From Cycas panzhihuaensis (Eukaryota; Plantae; Cycadophyta), in NCBI GenBank assembly GCA_023213395.1, contig CM041465.1, forward strand, positions 104,167,741-104,231,740: DNA of 64,000 nt. The letters are read 5' to 3'. Positions 43,773-60,100 of this stretch are shown here, in pieces. Position 1 is the stretch's first letter. Each line of letters begins with the position of its first letter. The position numbers were made by a program, and so were the translations under genes. Under the pieces are notes generated by a model that was given only the letters and a program-made list of their open reading frames with translations, had not been told where the DNA came from and ran no database searches.

Positions 43773-44304
43773 GCGGGGGCCCCGATAGGTACTTCCTCCG
43801 TTTTCAACCTCGTGACAGTCGTTGGGACTATCTTGCTTCCCTAATCGCCTTTGCCTTCTAGCCCTGTCACCCGTTGTGCTCTATTGATGCCCTTTTTTCC
43901 CTCTCTTGCAAGGGCATTTATGGCGCTTCATTATTGCACCTTTCCCAGGGCCCCTTTTACCTCGTTTTATGTGCTACTCTGGTGCATACCTGAGTTTATA
44001 CTCATTTGGCTCATTTCACTGCCCTAGACTCGTTTCCACAGCCCTTTCTTGCTCCTGGGGTCCCCAAAGGAAATGCTCCCTCGTCGAGGGGCATGTTTTG
44101 CTTTCCAAAGCAACCTTTGATGCTCTAGGGTGCCCTTTTCCCGCCCACTCTTAGACGGTGGCCGGTCTGCTTACTCTCATCCTTGGGTAATCTCATTGCT
44201 AGGTCCTCTTACCCTTCGCGGCCCCTTTTTACTTGCCATTTGAGTTTTTCTTTTCGTTTTGTCACTATCTACTTACTATCAGGATTTAGTGTTCAGACAT
44301 ATCT

Positions 44305-44720
44305 CTTTACATTTTTATTGATGGTGGAAGCCGCGGTAACCCCAGGCCTTCTGCCGTTGTATGGATTCTTCGCAGCCCCTCTGGACATGACTACTACATT
44401 CCAGAGTCTTCCTTCTCGAGGCAACCAATAACGAAGCCCAGTACATAGCCGTTATTGAAGCCCTTACTAATGCTCGCTGTTTCCATCATAGACCCATCGT
44501 GTTGCTTTACGATTCTCAGGCTGTGGTGTCCCATCTCACCCAGGTTTACCAGGTGCAATGCCCTCACCTGAGAACCCTCACGTCAACTACCAGATCCCTC
44601 CTGGCCTATTTCTCGTCAGTAGATATTCAACACATCCCCAGAGACCTCAATGCTGAGGCAGACGACCTCGTTCGCCTCATCCTTGAGCGTCGCCTCCCTC
44701 CTCTTAGCGATCACCTTTGA
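44305..44720 (+). pseudogene. Additional archaeal-type RNase H (aRH) of E
   Basis: LYIFIDGGSRGNPRPSAVVWILRSPSGH / (frameshift) FLLEATNNEAQYIAVIEAL...YDSQAVVSHL...HIPRDLNAEADDLVRLILE. Confidence 0.92.
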
Positions 44721-45079
44721 GACTCACCTGGCCAGCCCGTGCCCGAGCCTTTGATTGCTTTTAGCTTGATGTGCTTGTTCAGTTTGCTAGATGCCCTCCT
44801 ATCACCTATTGCACTTTGGCTATGGGGGGCATCCCCTTCATCTGCTCTATTCGCTTGCAGGTTAATGTTTTAGACGACACGTAGGCAGCCCCTATGTTGT
44901 CCTCGTCTCCGTCTCCCTTGTCCACGTGTTTTGCCATGACACTCACCGACACCCTTGGTCCATATGTTGTTCATTATTGCTTTTATATATATATGCATGT
45001 GCTATTGATGTCTTTGGTTGTCAACATTCGCCATCACGTTATGCTTCTGAGCAGTGAGGCTCTGCTGCCAAGGGGGCAA

Positions 45080-47583
45080 TGTTTCCCAGCTACTGGGAAT
45101 GGACTCGAGACACATCAACCCAGGTGTGTTCAGGTATACGTCTCACTTCTCCCTACTAGTGCTTGATTGAGATTATTTAGTGTAGACTACTTGATATATG
45201 CCTGCCTGTATGCATTGCCTCTCTGCCTGATCATATTGCATGTGCTTACAACATACTATCAGCCTATGATGACTCACAATGGGGGCATTCCTCAGCAAAT
45301 GCTACACCCCATATGGCGCACAACCACCCACATCATCTCCACAACGTCTCGAGATGCTTTAGTCAGTCATGTTTGCCCATGTTATGACATTTTACTCAGG
45401 TTGTAGTCTCTTCCAAGCCCAGTTAATCCCTTGGTTGAGACTCACTTTACTATTCTAGCTACTTGCCCATCATCTGGATGTTTCCCCCTGCTGTTTTAGG
45501 CTTGATTTACCCTTAATAACAGTTCCAAAACCTTTATTTCTGCTAATTGTATCTTTTTTTTGTTGCCAATCTAGTACCACTACAAACTCAGCGGTACCAC
45601 GGTCTTTGCCGTGGTACCGCTAGGTTTACCACAGTACGACTATTTGAATTTCAAAAAAGAAAACTATGTGACAGTTTCTGCTTTCTTCATGGAACTACCG
45701 CATGGCTCCTATTGATTTGCATCGCCCTGACATCCCCAACATTCACCTGTAGTGAACAGGGGATAAAGGGGGATTTTCCTCCTCATTTTGGGATCTTTTG
45801 CGCATTTTTCTAACTTTTCTACTAAATTTACATAGAAAGACATACACTACATTGATAGAAACCTACCACAAGGAAGAGGACACTACTACAAGCTAGATTT
45901 TCAGGGACCATTGCTACCCCCCATAGCTCTCAATAGTAGGCTCCACATCTTCTTACAAGTGATCGAGGTTTCAAGGAAGATTTCTACCAAAAGCTCCTCA
46001 AAAGGACTAACTACCAAGGTTCCAAGCTTATAAAGATATTTCTATACTTCACTCTTGCAAAAACCCGCCACTATTATACATCATATACTAGTTATTTCTA
46101 TTGTTTCCTAACAACAAACTTATGTTTGGTTCTTCCCCTAACAAGGTACTTTTTACTCTTACTTGCAATTTATGTTATTCTTATTTCTTTTATGTTTTGG
46201 TGAATAAATTTCTAGTTTGTGTAGCTTTATGTTGTTGCACTATATTAGCACCACTTCCTTTTTCTTTTGAGACATTACAGTTTTCCTAAATCATCCCTCT
46301 CAACCCATTCCTAGTTGGCTATTGCAAAGGGGCAATATAAAGAGGATTTGAAGGAGGTAGGCAGGGTTCTGTCCCCCTTGCTATCCTTCTCCCCAAGGGT
46401 TCTGTCCCTTGTTCTCTTTCCCTTTTGGAAAATTTAGTTTCAGAGCTAAAACCAACGTTGGCAACTCGTTGCCATGCCAGTTCTAGAAATTCTATCCGTT
46501 GGTGTTGGGCCCTGCCTAAGCCCCAAACCTCTCCATTGCTCTCTTCTTTTTTATCATTTACTATCCCATGATCTTGTTGTGAGCCCGTTCCTCCTTTCTG
46601 AGTTCTGTGGAGACTCTTTGTGGGTGAGTTAGCCATTCCGAGGCTATACTCTTTTCCTTTTTGGGTGTGCTTATGGTGTACATTAGCGGGAGATTTTGTT
46701 GCATGTTATCATTTTACTTTGCTACATATTGATGTTTAACATAGATTTACGTAGTTCCATTTGATTTTTAGTACCTATATTCGGTATATTTTGTGGCCCT
46801 TCTTTCGAGAGGGAGGTGCTCTCCTAACTTGCTTGCAGGATCTCGTGTTGGTGGAGCTGCACGTGGAATGAAACCTAGTGCAAGTTAGTTCTACATTTAG
46901 TGTGTTCCTTATTCTTTTATGTTTTTTTGCTTGTTTTCTGCTTTTTTTGCTTTTGCATGTTTACGGGGAGATAAGTTAGCCCCTCTTCGATTGCTTACGA
47001 TAACTATCACTGACCGACATCGCATGCACAATGAGCAGAGTAGAAAGGAGCGGGAGCTAAAGGGACTAGCAGCACTCCACTCGGGCACCGGATCCAGGTA
47101 TTCTTCTTATTCCCTGCATATCTCTTTTACACCTTTGTCTTTTATACATATGCTTGTATAGTTAGGAACATGTAAAGAATTAAAAAGGGAAAAAGAAATG
47201 TGTGTTTACTTTACATCGTTTCATCCATTGGTTAGCTTAGCTTAGCTAGATTGTTTGCATTGTGTTAGAGCTACCTATGTTGTACCCTCTTTTTGCCTAT
47301 ACTTAGACATATTTATTTGCCTTTCCCTCTCGTTACCTTCTCATTTCCTTGAGAAGACGCAATGCGCCAGGCGCTTTCTCCTCTTCCCGACCATCCAAGG
47401 GGTAGGAAGGCCTCGCTTTGCATGGCTACCTGGAAGCAACCAGGCTTCTTTGCACTCCCGAATCCGCACTTTGACGCATCGACACCCTGCGAGGTGAAGT
47501 CCTTGTTGTTTAGTTTAATTAGCTTTGCACCTTTCATCCCCTTTTGCTAGGCGTAGGGACACCACCCCGCGGCAAGCATTTCA
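45080..47583 (+). repeat. 3' LTR of E
   Basis: Follows PPT aagggggca; colinear with the 5' LTR, with a ~35-bp deletion near 46425. Confidence 0.95.
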
Positions 47584-48492
47584 ATAGGTTGGGGGAAAAA
47601 TTATTTGCCCAAGGTGGTGGTGTCACACTAGTATAATGGGTAAAGGAGGTAGATGTAAGGTAGTAGGTGGTGGGATAGGAGTATGAATGGGAGGCATACT
47701 TGCCCCTCTTATGGGAGGGGTGTACCTTGCATTGGGCCATTCTCTATTACCATGCTTGAAGGTAAGGGTGTGGTAGTAAGATCACCAGACAAACTGACAG
47801 GTGGTACTTGGATAGAAGAGAGTGGGGAATAGTGGAGGAGGTCAAGGAAGTACTAGTGAGAAATCATTGTAGTCACCTCAGTAGAGGTTGGCTAGAAATG
47901 ACTTTAAAGCACTCCCTTAATGCTTCAACTGCATCCCTAGGTGGGGTATAATTAGGGTCATGGGATGTCAAAGGCTCTCCTCCATGATCAAGGTAAGAGG
48001 GATAAGCATTTGACACATGCTCATAGTGCAAGGCATGGTCATAGGTGTAAGTCTCCTCAAGTGGATATGAATGAGGAGATATAGGATGGGATTATTCTTG
48101 AAATAGCACTTGATGAAAAGGATTATCACTTACATGAGTGATACCCTCATAGGGGTAATGAGCCTTTGGTTGGGACCATTCTTGGGCATATGGCTCATTA
48201 GCCCAACCAGTTGGGTAGCTTTCCATTAGTAGCTCTTGGTCACTTGACTCAATGGAGGTATATGCAGAAGGAACATTTAAAGGTGGCAACCCATGCAAAC
48301 AATGTGATATGCAGTGCATTCACATGCTTTGATGCACCTAAGGAATGGTACAAATATGATGGGAAAGAGAGAGGTCATTGCTCAAATAAGGAACAGTCAT
48401 CCTAAAAAGAAAGAATGGAAAGGGAAGGGAAGGAAAAGAGCATGGGCATATTAGGAAGCTTCCAATTAGCGAGTTCCCAGTATGGTCACTAG

Positions 48493-52849
<4,357 letters not shown>

Positions 52850-52854
52850 AAAGT

Positions 52855-52932
52855 TAATAAAAGTACTTTATGTGTTCTTTCAACTTTTTCTCCTTCAGAT
52901 TTGTAAGGATAATTTTAGGAAGATACACTCTA
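52855..52932 (+). repeat. 3' LTR of C, right part
   Basis: taataaaagt...ttcaact...ccttcaga...agatacactcta matches 6866-6943. Confidence 0.88.
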
Positions 52933-53314
52933 GTATCCTTGAGCCCATCTCTTAGCCTATTGTGGCCTGACTTGTATGACAACTCTTCTAAATCCCATTC
53001 ATGATCATTTTTATCATTCCTAAATACCTATATTTCACTGTTAATATGTTCTTTTCTAAGTAATTATTTGATTTATCTCATCTCCCTCTTTAGGTAGGCT
53101 AAGTCATCAGTTATGGTATCTACCCTAGAGTTTACATCCTCTATGGTTAATTATGATTGATTCACAATTTTACCTAACTCAAGTCTTTTCCCAGATCTTA
53201 ACTCTATTATGTGGGAGAAAAAAATTTAGTCCTTTTTCCTTCCATAGTGCCCTGGTTTTCTCTATTAGGCTTCTAAATATAATGCTCTTTATAAAAACAA
53301 GGCTTTGATAATGA

Positions 53315-53327
53315 GGCTCTAATACCA
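53315..53327 (-). promoter_or_regulatory. PBS (tRNA-iMet type) of B
   Basis: Reverse complement tggtattagagcc, 2 nt from the LTR. Confidence 0.85.
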
Positions 53328-53329
53328 CT

Positions 53330-53901
53330 TGTGGGAATTCCACAAGAAATTCATACCTTAAACATAAATAGTATCCAATCACAAAGCAACTTTCATAGTT
53401 TTATATAGGTAAACAAGTAATAAAAATAGATATTGGGCAAATGACATCCACTTATAATCTTATCTTCTAGAATTTGATATAGATAAACAAACAATAAAAG
53501 CTATATTGGAGAAAAGTATAGTATTTTATTACTTTAAGATCATAAGATTGAATATTGTAATGATATTCAATAATAAAATATGGACAAAAGTAGTTATATT
53601 TATAAGGAGTAAAAACTGAGTCTTTTGCTTCCTCTTCAAGACGTGGCATCTTTCTAACAAGGCTCCTTAAGGTCAAAAATATAGTAGACCTAAATATATA
53701 AATAATGATCCTAAACCAAGGTCGAGAGCACCCATAAATAAGTGACCAAACTACTTTTAAAATAGGTAGACTTGAATACTAAAGAAGTCAACCAAAATAT
53801 CCCTAGAATTAGTTAAAATAAATGTAAATAAATTTACCAAAATAAGGATAAATAAGGTGTTTGGGTAAACCAACCCATCTTTTGAGGTAGAAAACACCAC
53901 A
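53330..53901 (-). repeat. 5' LTR of B
   Basis: tgtggg...ccaca; aligns with 2249-2903. Confidence 0.9.
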
Positions 53902-55850
53902 TTTACTCTACAAAGATGCATTTCAATGGTCATAAGATGTTGATGATGACTTTAGTCATCATACGTTTGTCATGATGTTTGCCCTAATTCTTGCCACCCT
54001 AGTCTTCTTCCCCCAACCTTTCTAGTTAGAATGCAATGCTTCTAGATTTAGCTTAGGTGTTGTCCTTAGATAGAACTTTCATCTAATAGTATTTAAAAGT
54101 CCTAAACTTAAAGACCTTGAATGTCAGTTATCAATGTATCAAAAGGAGATGAAAGCTATTATGTATGCTATAGATAGGTAACACTAATATCTTTGAGATT
54201 CTAAATTCACTATTTTAATAGACCACCATAGCCTCCATCCCCTTCTTAACTAGATAATTTTATCTAAAGAGAAAGCTAAGTGGATTGATATTCTAAAAGT
54301 GTTTGTTTTCACTATCATATATAAGAAATAAAGGTAAAATGTGGTTGTTGATGCCCTCTCCTACTTTCCCTTAAGCCTATTATGCATGAACCTACTATTC
54401 ATATGATTCTTAATCCCTAACCAATATGGTTAATAAAACTAGTAATTGAACATTAATCTCAATAAAATTTTGACCAATGGACCACCAAAGTTCATAATCA
54501 AAAGGATTAGATCATATATAAATATCACCTCTTATACCAAAATCATATTTTATCCATCTTACATCATCTTTTATCCCACATATTTTATCTAAGCATCACT
54601 TCATTCCCTTAGGAGGTCACTTGGGGTGACAAAATATATCATCGTATTTGGTCTAATTTTTATTGATCTCACATGAAATCCTCCATCCTTATATCTTTTT
54701 AGGTGTGGAACTTACTAAAGAAATAAAATTAATATTAAGGCTCAACTAAGCCTCCTCCAACCCCTACATATCCCTCAAGACAAATGGCAACACATTGTTA
54801 TGGTATTCATCACATGTTTACTATTATTTGTTAGTTTTAACTAAATCTTATTAATCATTAATAGACTAACTAAGTATACCTATTTCTTGCCTATTGATAC
54901 CTCTTATAAAGCATCTCACCTCACCAATTGCTATATTCAATCTATTTTTCACCTCCATGAATTTCTATTGACAATAGTTTGTAATTAAGATCCTAAATTT
55001 ACTAGCTTACTTTAGCAAGAACTCTTTTGAGCCTTTGGGATTCCATCCAGCATAAGCTCAACTTACCACCCATAAACTAATGGCCAATTTGAGGCTCTGA
55101 ATAAGACATTGGAAACATATTTATAATGCTTTGCTTCTAAACATTAATATAAATGGACCTCATGGCCAGCTCTTTTGAAATATTGGTATAACTCATCCCA
55201 TCACTCAACTATTGACATGTTCCTATTTATCGCCCTTTATGGCTATCCTCACCCATCTCATCATACCCTCACAACATAATTGTTGTGGTTTAATAAAGGC
55301 TTTAAGCTATGGACCAAATTCTTCATACACTCAAGCAAAACTTGGCAGTAGCTCAAAATCATATGAAACAAATCATCGGTCGCCATCATTCTAATTATCT
55401 TTTTTCTATTGTTGACTTAGTCTTTCTTCACCTATAATTGTGTAAGCAAAAATCTCTCAAATACCACAAAAGTCAAAACCTTAGTTTATGTTATTATGGC
55501 CCATATAAAGTATTTCAACAAATTGATGAAGTTGCCTATGCACTTGAACTCCCACTTAATACCAAGATCCATAATATGTTTTATGTTTCATTCCTAAGAA
55601 AACACCTTGGTAATGATATTGTTTCTCAATGCATCTTGCCAATTCTAGATGAAGAGAAATGTCTTATTATTCTTCTTAACCGCATTTTAGCTAGGGAACA
55701 ATGCTGCCTCCAAAATAGAACCATCTTTGAGTACTTAGTATAGTGGTATAGTTATGAACCTAAGGAAGCAACATGGGAATCAACCAAATTTATTAAGCAA
55801 CATCTTTATTTCCTTGGATTTGAGGATTTAACATCTCATAGAAGGGGACA
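53902..55850 (+). pseudogene. Element A continued: RNase H, integrase, chromodomain, PPT
   Basis: LYKDAFQWS; F*LECNASRFSLGVVL; YQKEMKAIMYA; STYHP*TNGQFEALNKTLE; YYGPYKV; IHNMFYVSFLRK; NRTIFEYLV*W...EATWES; PPT agaagggga at ~55840-55848. Similar to C. Confidence 0.9.
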
Positions 55851-56247
55851 TACTACATGATTACTTATTATTAAGTAAAAACAGATTGCTAGTATATGTG
55901 ATAAAGGACTTTGGTGGTTAGTGCAAGTTATTAAGCTTTTTGTGTAGACTGCTTATGTCTACTAATAGAATTAGAGGTTATTTATCCTACCAATGATATT
56001 CTATGTAATAGGCCTCTCTAATCTATTTAAGACCTATCCAATATAAAGTGAGGATTATTGTGTATTGATCATTTTTATGAGATTACACTTTGGTACAACT
56101 TTGGTGATCTTTGGTGCCCTTATACATTTATATTTTCTATAATTAGTTCCTATTTACTAATGAAAGTACTTTATCTATTACTTTAAGTCTTATTATTGTG
56201 CCCTTTGAGATTAAAGTGAATTGAGTGCGTGGAAGAATACTAGGACA
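55851..56247 (+). repeat. 3' LTR of A (right end approximate)
   Basis: Follows the PPT; organisation resembles the C LTR (tctatttaag box, tactttgg..ctttggtga). No partner LTR in the window. Confidence 0.55.
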
Positions 56248-57199
56248 AACATGTCCTAGAAGCCCTGATTTTTCAACAACCCTCTAAGAATCATAAACTA
56301 GAACTAGAATTTTGTCCAATTTACAAAAAAATCTATGTTCACTCTTTTGGTTATTAAACCAAGTACACTAAAGGTCTTTATAAGAAAAGGGATTTTTCCA
56401 TAGAGGATCCTTAATTGATAAGGTAGTTTTCATGAAAATCATCTTTTTTGTTAAATCCTTTCAAACAAAAAGGGAGATTTCCCTTTTTATTTTGAAGGCA
56501 TTTCATCATATTAAAATCTCCTATAGTAAACTATAGAAAAGGGGGAAAACTATATGCCATCTACCTCTATAATGTCAATCTTTCAACATAATCATTAGGT
56601 TCATAAATAAAATCAACACCAAATACTTTATTTTATACTTGGAAAGAGGCTTAATCTACCATGTTACAAGGTCAGCATCCTAAGTTGAGAATAAAATTAG
56701 AAAGGGAAGGATTAACAAGAAGAGCATCCCCTCCTCTTCTAAAAGAACGATTTAAATAAAAAAACTATAATCCCTCCAAACAAAACCAAGAGCATGAGAT
56801 AAGTTTGAACTTGAGACTTTGACCTCTTGAAGACAAAGGAAGTCAACACTAACTCTTCTAAATAATTGAGACCTAATTGACCCTTTATGATCATGAAGCT
56901 CTAAACCTCTAATGTTTTATAAATGAATTTTCATTTTCGCAAGTAAGTATAGAGGCTTTAAACTCCTCAAGGGAAAATATAGGATTATTATAAGAATCAA
57001 TACCATTGGAAAATTAAGCATCATTTTCTTTTATAATAGATTCTTGATAGCGTGTATCAACTACGACTTCTTCTTTAACTTCTGCTAAAATTTTAAATAT
57101 AGACACAATTTAAGGGACACTAGGATATTTAATCTTTGTATTAATTTTTTATTAGTATTAGGACTATATGGGAGTAATAGAGTATTTTTAACTTTGGAA

Positions 57200-60100
57200 G
57201 GCTTTCTCTTGTCTTAGGTCCATTCCTCCCCTATTTTTTAATTTGACAGCCAATTCAGGCGATAAACTTTTACTTTTTATTTTCTAAGAGGATAATTTTT
57301 AATAAAATATCTCAGTTTTCTACACCTAAAATAGGTATTAAGAATCCTAAAATATAGAATCTTTGTTAGAATTAATGTTCATATGTGGATAAATTAATGA
57401 TGAGTCATCAAGGTTGATGACAAATGTCATTAGAATTACTGAAAGTCCTCAATGAACCTATGACGTGTTAAAGCAATTATGAGTCTTATTTTGGATGATT
57501 ACTAATCTTGTGTGTATATTAAGGTTGTATTATATGCATTATAAGGATGAAGTGACATTCATTATTAATGAACGAGGAACAATTCATAGGTAGACTAATT
57601 CTACTTGATATTTGTCCTCTAATGTGTTGATATTTAGTTCTATTTTTAATCATAAATTCAAATATGGTATCCAAGTTGGTATAGTTATAGATTATAGATC
57701 AATTTTGTAGCTAATAACTATGGAACCAAGTAACTTTATGCTATCAACAATCAAATTGTAGGTTTACTCAAAATTTTTGCTAGTTTTATTACGAGGTTAT
57801 GTTGTGTACTGGCGTTAAAATAATAATAAAAGGGGAAAGGTTGTGATATCTAAATAGAAAAATATTTGCTCTTTTTGGCTTGTATCTAGAGATAAATATG
57901 AGGAAGGTAGGGATATCTCATGAATTCCTAACTCAACGGGTTGAAGTATAAGCCCATGGTGGCTTGGAAATTAAGAAAGGATAACCTCTATTAGGGGGCA
58001 TGTTATAAACACCCTTTATGAGTAGCATGAGAATAATAATGAGAGACATTACTTTGGGCATATGAATTATGTCTTTTGAGTTTTTCTTATGTATGACTCC
58101 TTACAAGTATGTTTGGACTACTTTGCAAGCTTCTTTCTAAGGCCTTCCATACTGGAAATGTCAAGCTTGTTCAAAGATCTAAAGGATATATCTCTACGGT
58201 TCAAGCGATCAAGTCATGAAGTGTTTTATTACTCATGGTCTATGGATAATTGCTATTAAAATGAGGATGATCATTGGAATTGATATGCCCTTTGGGATTT
58301 GTAGTTCGCTTATGATATACCATAGATCTCTAGTGCCTATCTATAAGAGAGGAGATCCATGAAGAAGGAAAAAATAACCAAGTTTCAAGAAGTAGGGCAC
58401 CTTGTATTCTTATCAACTATGGCAATCTTCTCTTTGGGGATTCTATGATTAGAAATATTCATTATTAAAGCATTGAATGCATGAATGTAAGAATTCCAGT
58501 CACCCACTGTAAGTAGGATTATGCCTTAAGTTGATCAAGATGCCATTATGAAGTTATGTAAAGAGAAATTTGCCATTTGACTAAGATTTGTGATCAAGGG
58601 CAATAAGGCCCATAATTAGAGTAACATCCTATGATTAAAGCAACATTGGAGCATTTAAGTGGAGTGCAAATTGTGATCTAATAAGAGGGTAAGAGAACTA
58701 CCCAAAACCTATAAGGAAATTACTTACTATAAAGAGATGATTATGAACTCAACAAATTTATAAAGAAGACATCTAGCTGTGAAGACAATCTTACTTGAAG
58801 GAATTGGCATCACTTATGAAGATTACACCCAAGTTAAATTGATGTTGAATCAAGATCTATAAATAGCCAATATCATTACAAGATGAATTGCCATTATAAA
58901 ATTGGTTGAATTGATTCGAATTGAATAGATGCAAATTCAAATCAACATAATCAACATAGAAATTATATAACAGAGTTAGCTAATTATTTTTTTCAGTGAA
59001 AACATAGGATAAAATAAAATATCCTTTTTCTTAATGTTTGTTTGATATATTAATCATTTTTTAATTTGACCTTGAAATTTGTAAGCCCCCTAATATCTAA
59101 GCCCTTGGTCACATTCAACATTAAGAAGCCATGGCAATTTTTAGTTTATAGAGAAGTTTTCTTGTAAAAATAAAGAGCACTTTTCTATTAGACCTTTTTG
59201 TGTGCTACACATTAAGTATGGTCATATGGATATATTCTAGATCCTCGTGTGGTGCTTGATGACTTTAGTGATTTACTAGCACTCTACAAAGTGATTGAAG
59301 ACACTAGAGTGAATGTCTTCTAGTAAAATAAGTGTATGCTATTATAGGGTTATTTAACACCCATAATGTATAATTGTCCTATGTTTTCTTATTGCTTTTA
59401 ACATTAAAATGAGTGGAACATTCTTGTTTTCTCACTTAATTAAAATGCCTTAGAGGACCTACCATTACTACAAGAAATCAGGAATATCAAGAGATATTAT
59501 TAGCTGTCATAGGTTGGTTAACAATGTAGAGATAGTTTACAGATTACAGTTGATTAAGAAAATATGGCAGTATATAATCAAGGGTACAATGATGTTTGGT
59601 GTATAGATTCAGATGCTTCCAATCATATGACAAATAGGCTTGACTAGTTTAGGCACATATGGGAAGCATCAGAATATACTATATCTTTGGGAGACAATAA
59701 AATGTTGATTACCAAGGGCATATGGGAGGTTGCAATTGCAACTATAGACTATGATGATTATTACATCGAGAATGTTTTATATGTTCCCTTATTAAGGAAG
59801 AATCTAATTTTTATCAGTTAGATAGAGGATAATGGAATGAGTGTTCTCTTTAAAGACATGAAAGTGATTATTAATGATTGTGAAGGGAAAATAGTCATAG
59901 AAGGTGTAAGAGAAAATTGACTTTATAGGCTATTAGCTAAGTCTGTAAATCAAAGAGCATATTTGATTGTAGGTGTATCAAACAAAATTTAGTTATGGCA
60001 TGAAACATTAGGTATCTGTACTTACCTAGCCTTTGATCAATGAACAAACTGAATATGGTATATGGTCTCACAAAATTTAAGATAGAAAAGGGTATTTGTG

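Larger units (their letters stand above)
28430..47583 (+). mobile_element. Element E: Tat-lineage LTR retrotransposon, relative of D, inserted in the gag N-terminal region of D; youngest full element
   Basis: LTRs 28430-30966 and 45080-47583, both TG...CA. TSD acagg (28425-28429) / atagg (47584-47588). PBS 30968-30986, PPT 45070-45078. Confidence 0.95.

Noticed and set aside
44305-44720. Bacterial or archaeal rnhA contamination, or recent horizontal transfer
   Set aside because: Embedded at the same position in two plant Tat elements; aRH is an established Tat feature.
56250-57200. LINE ORF2 endonuclease
   Set aside because: Position fits the LINE continuation, but I could not read convincing endonuclease motifs.
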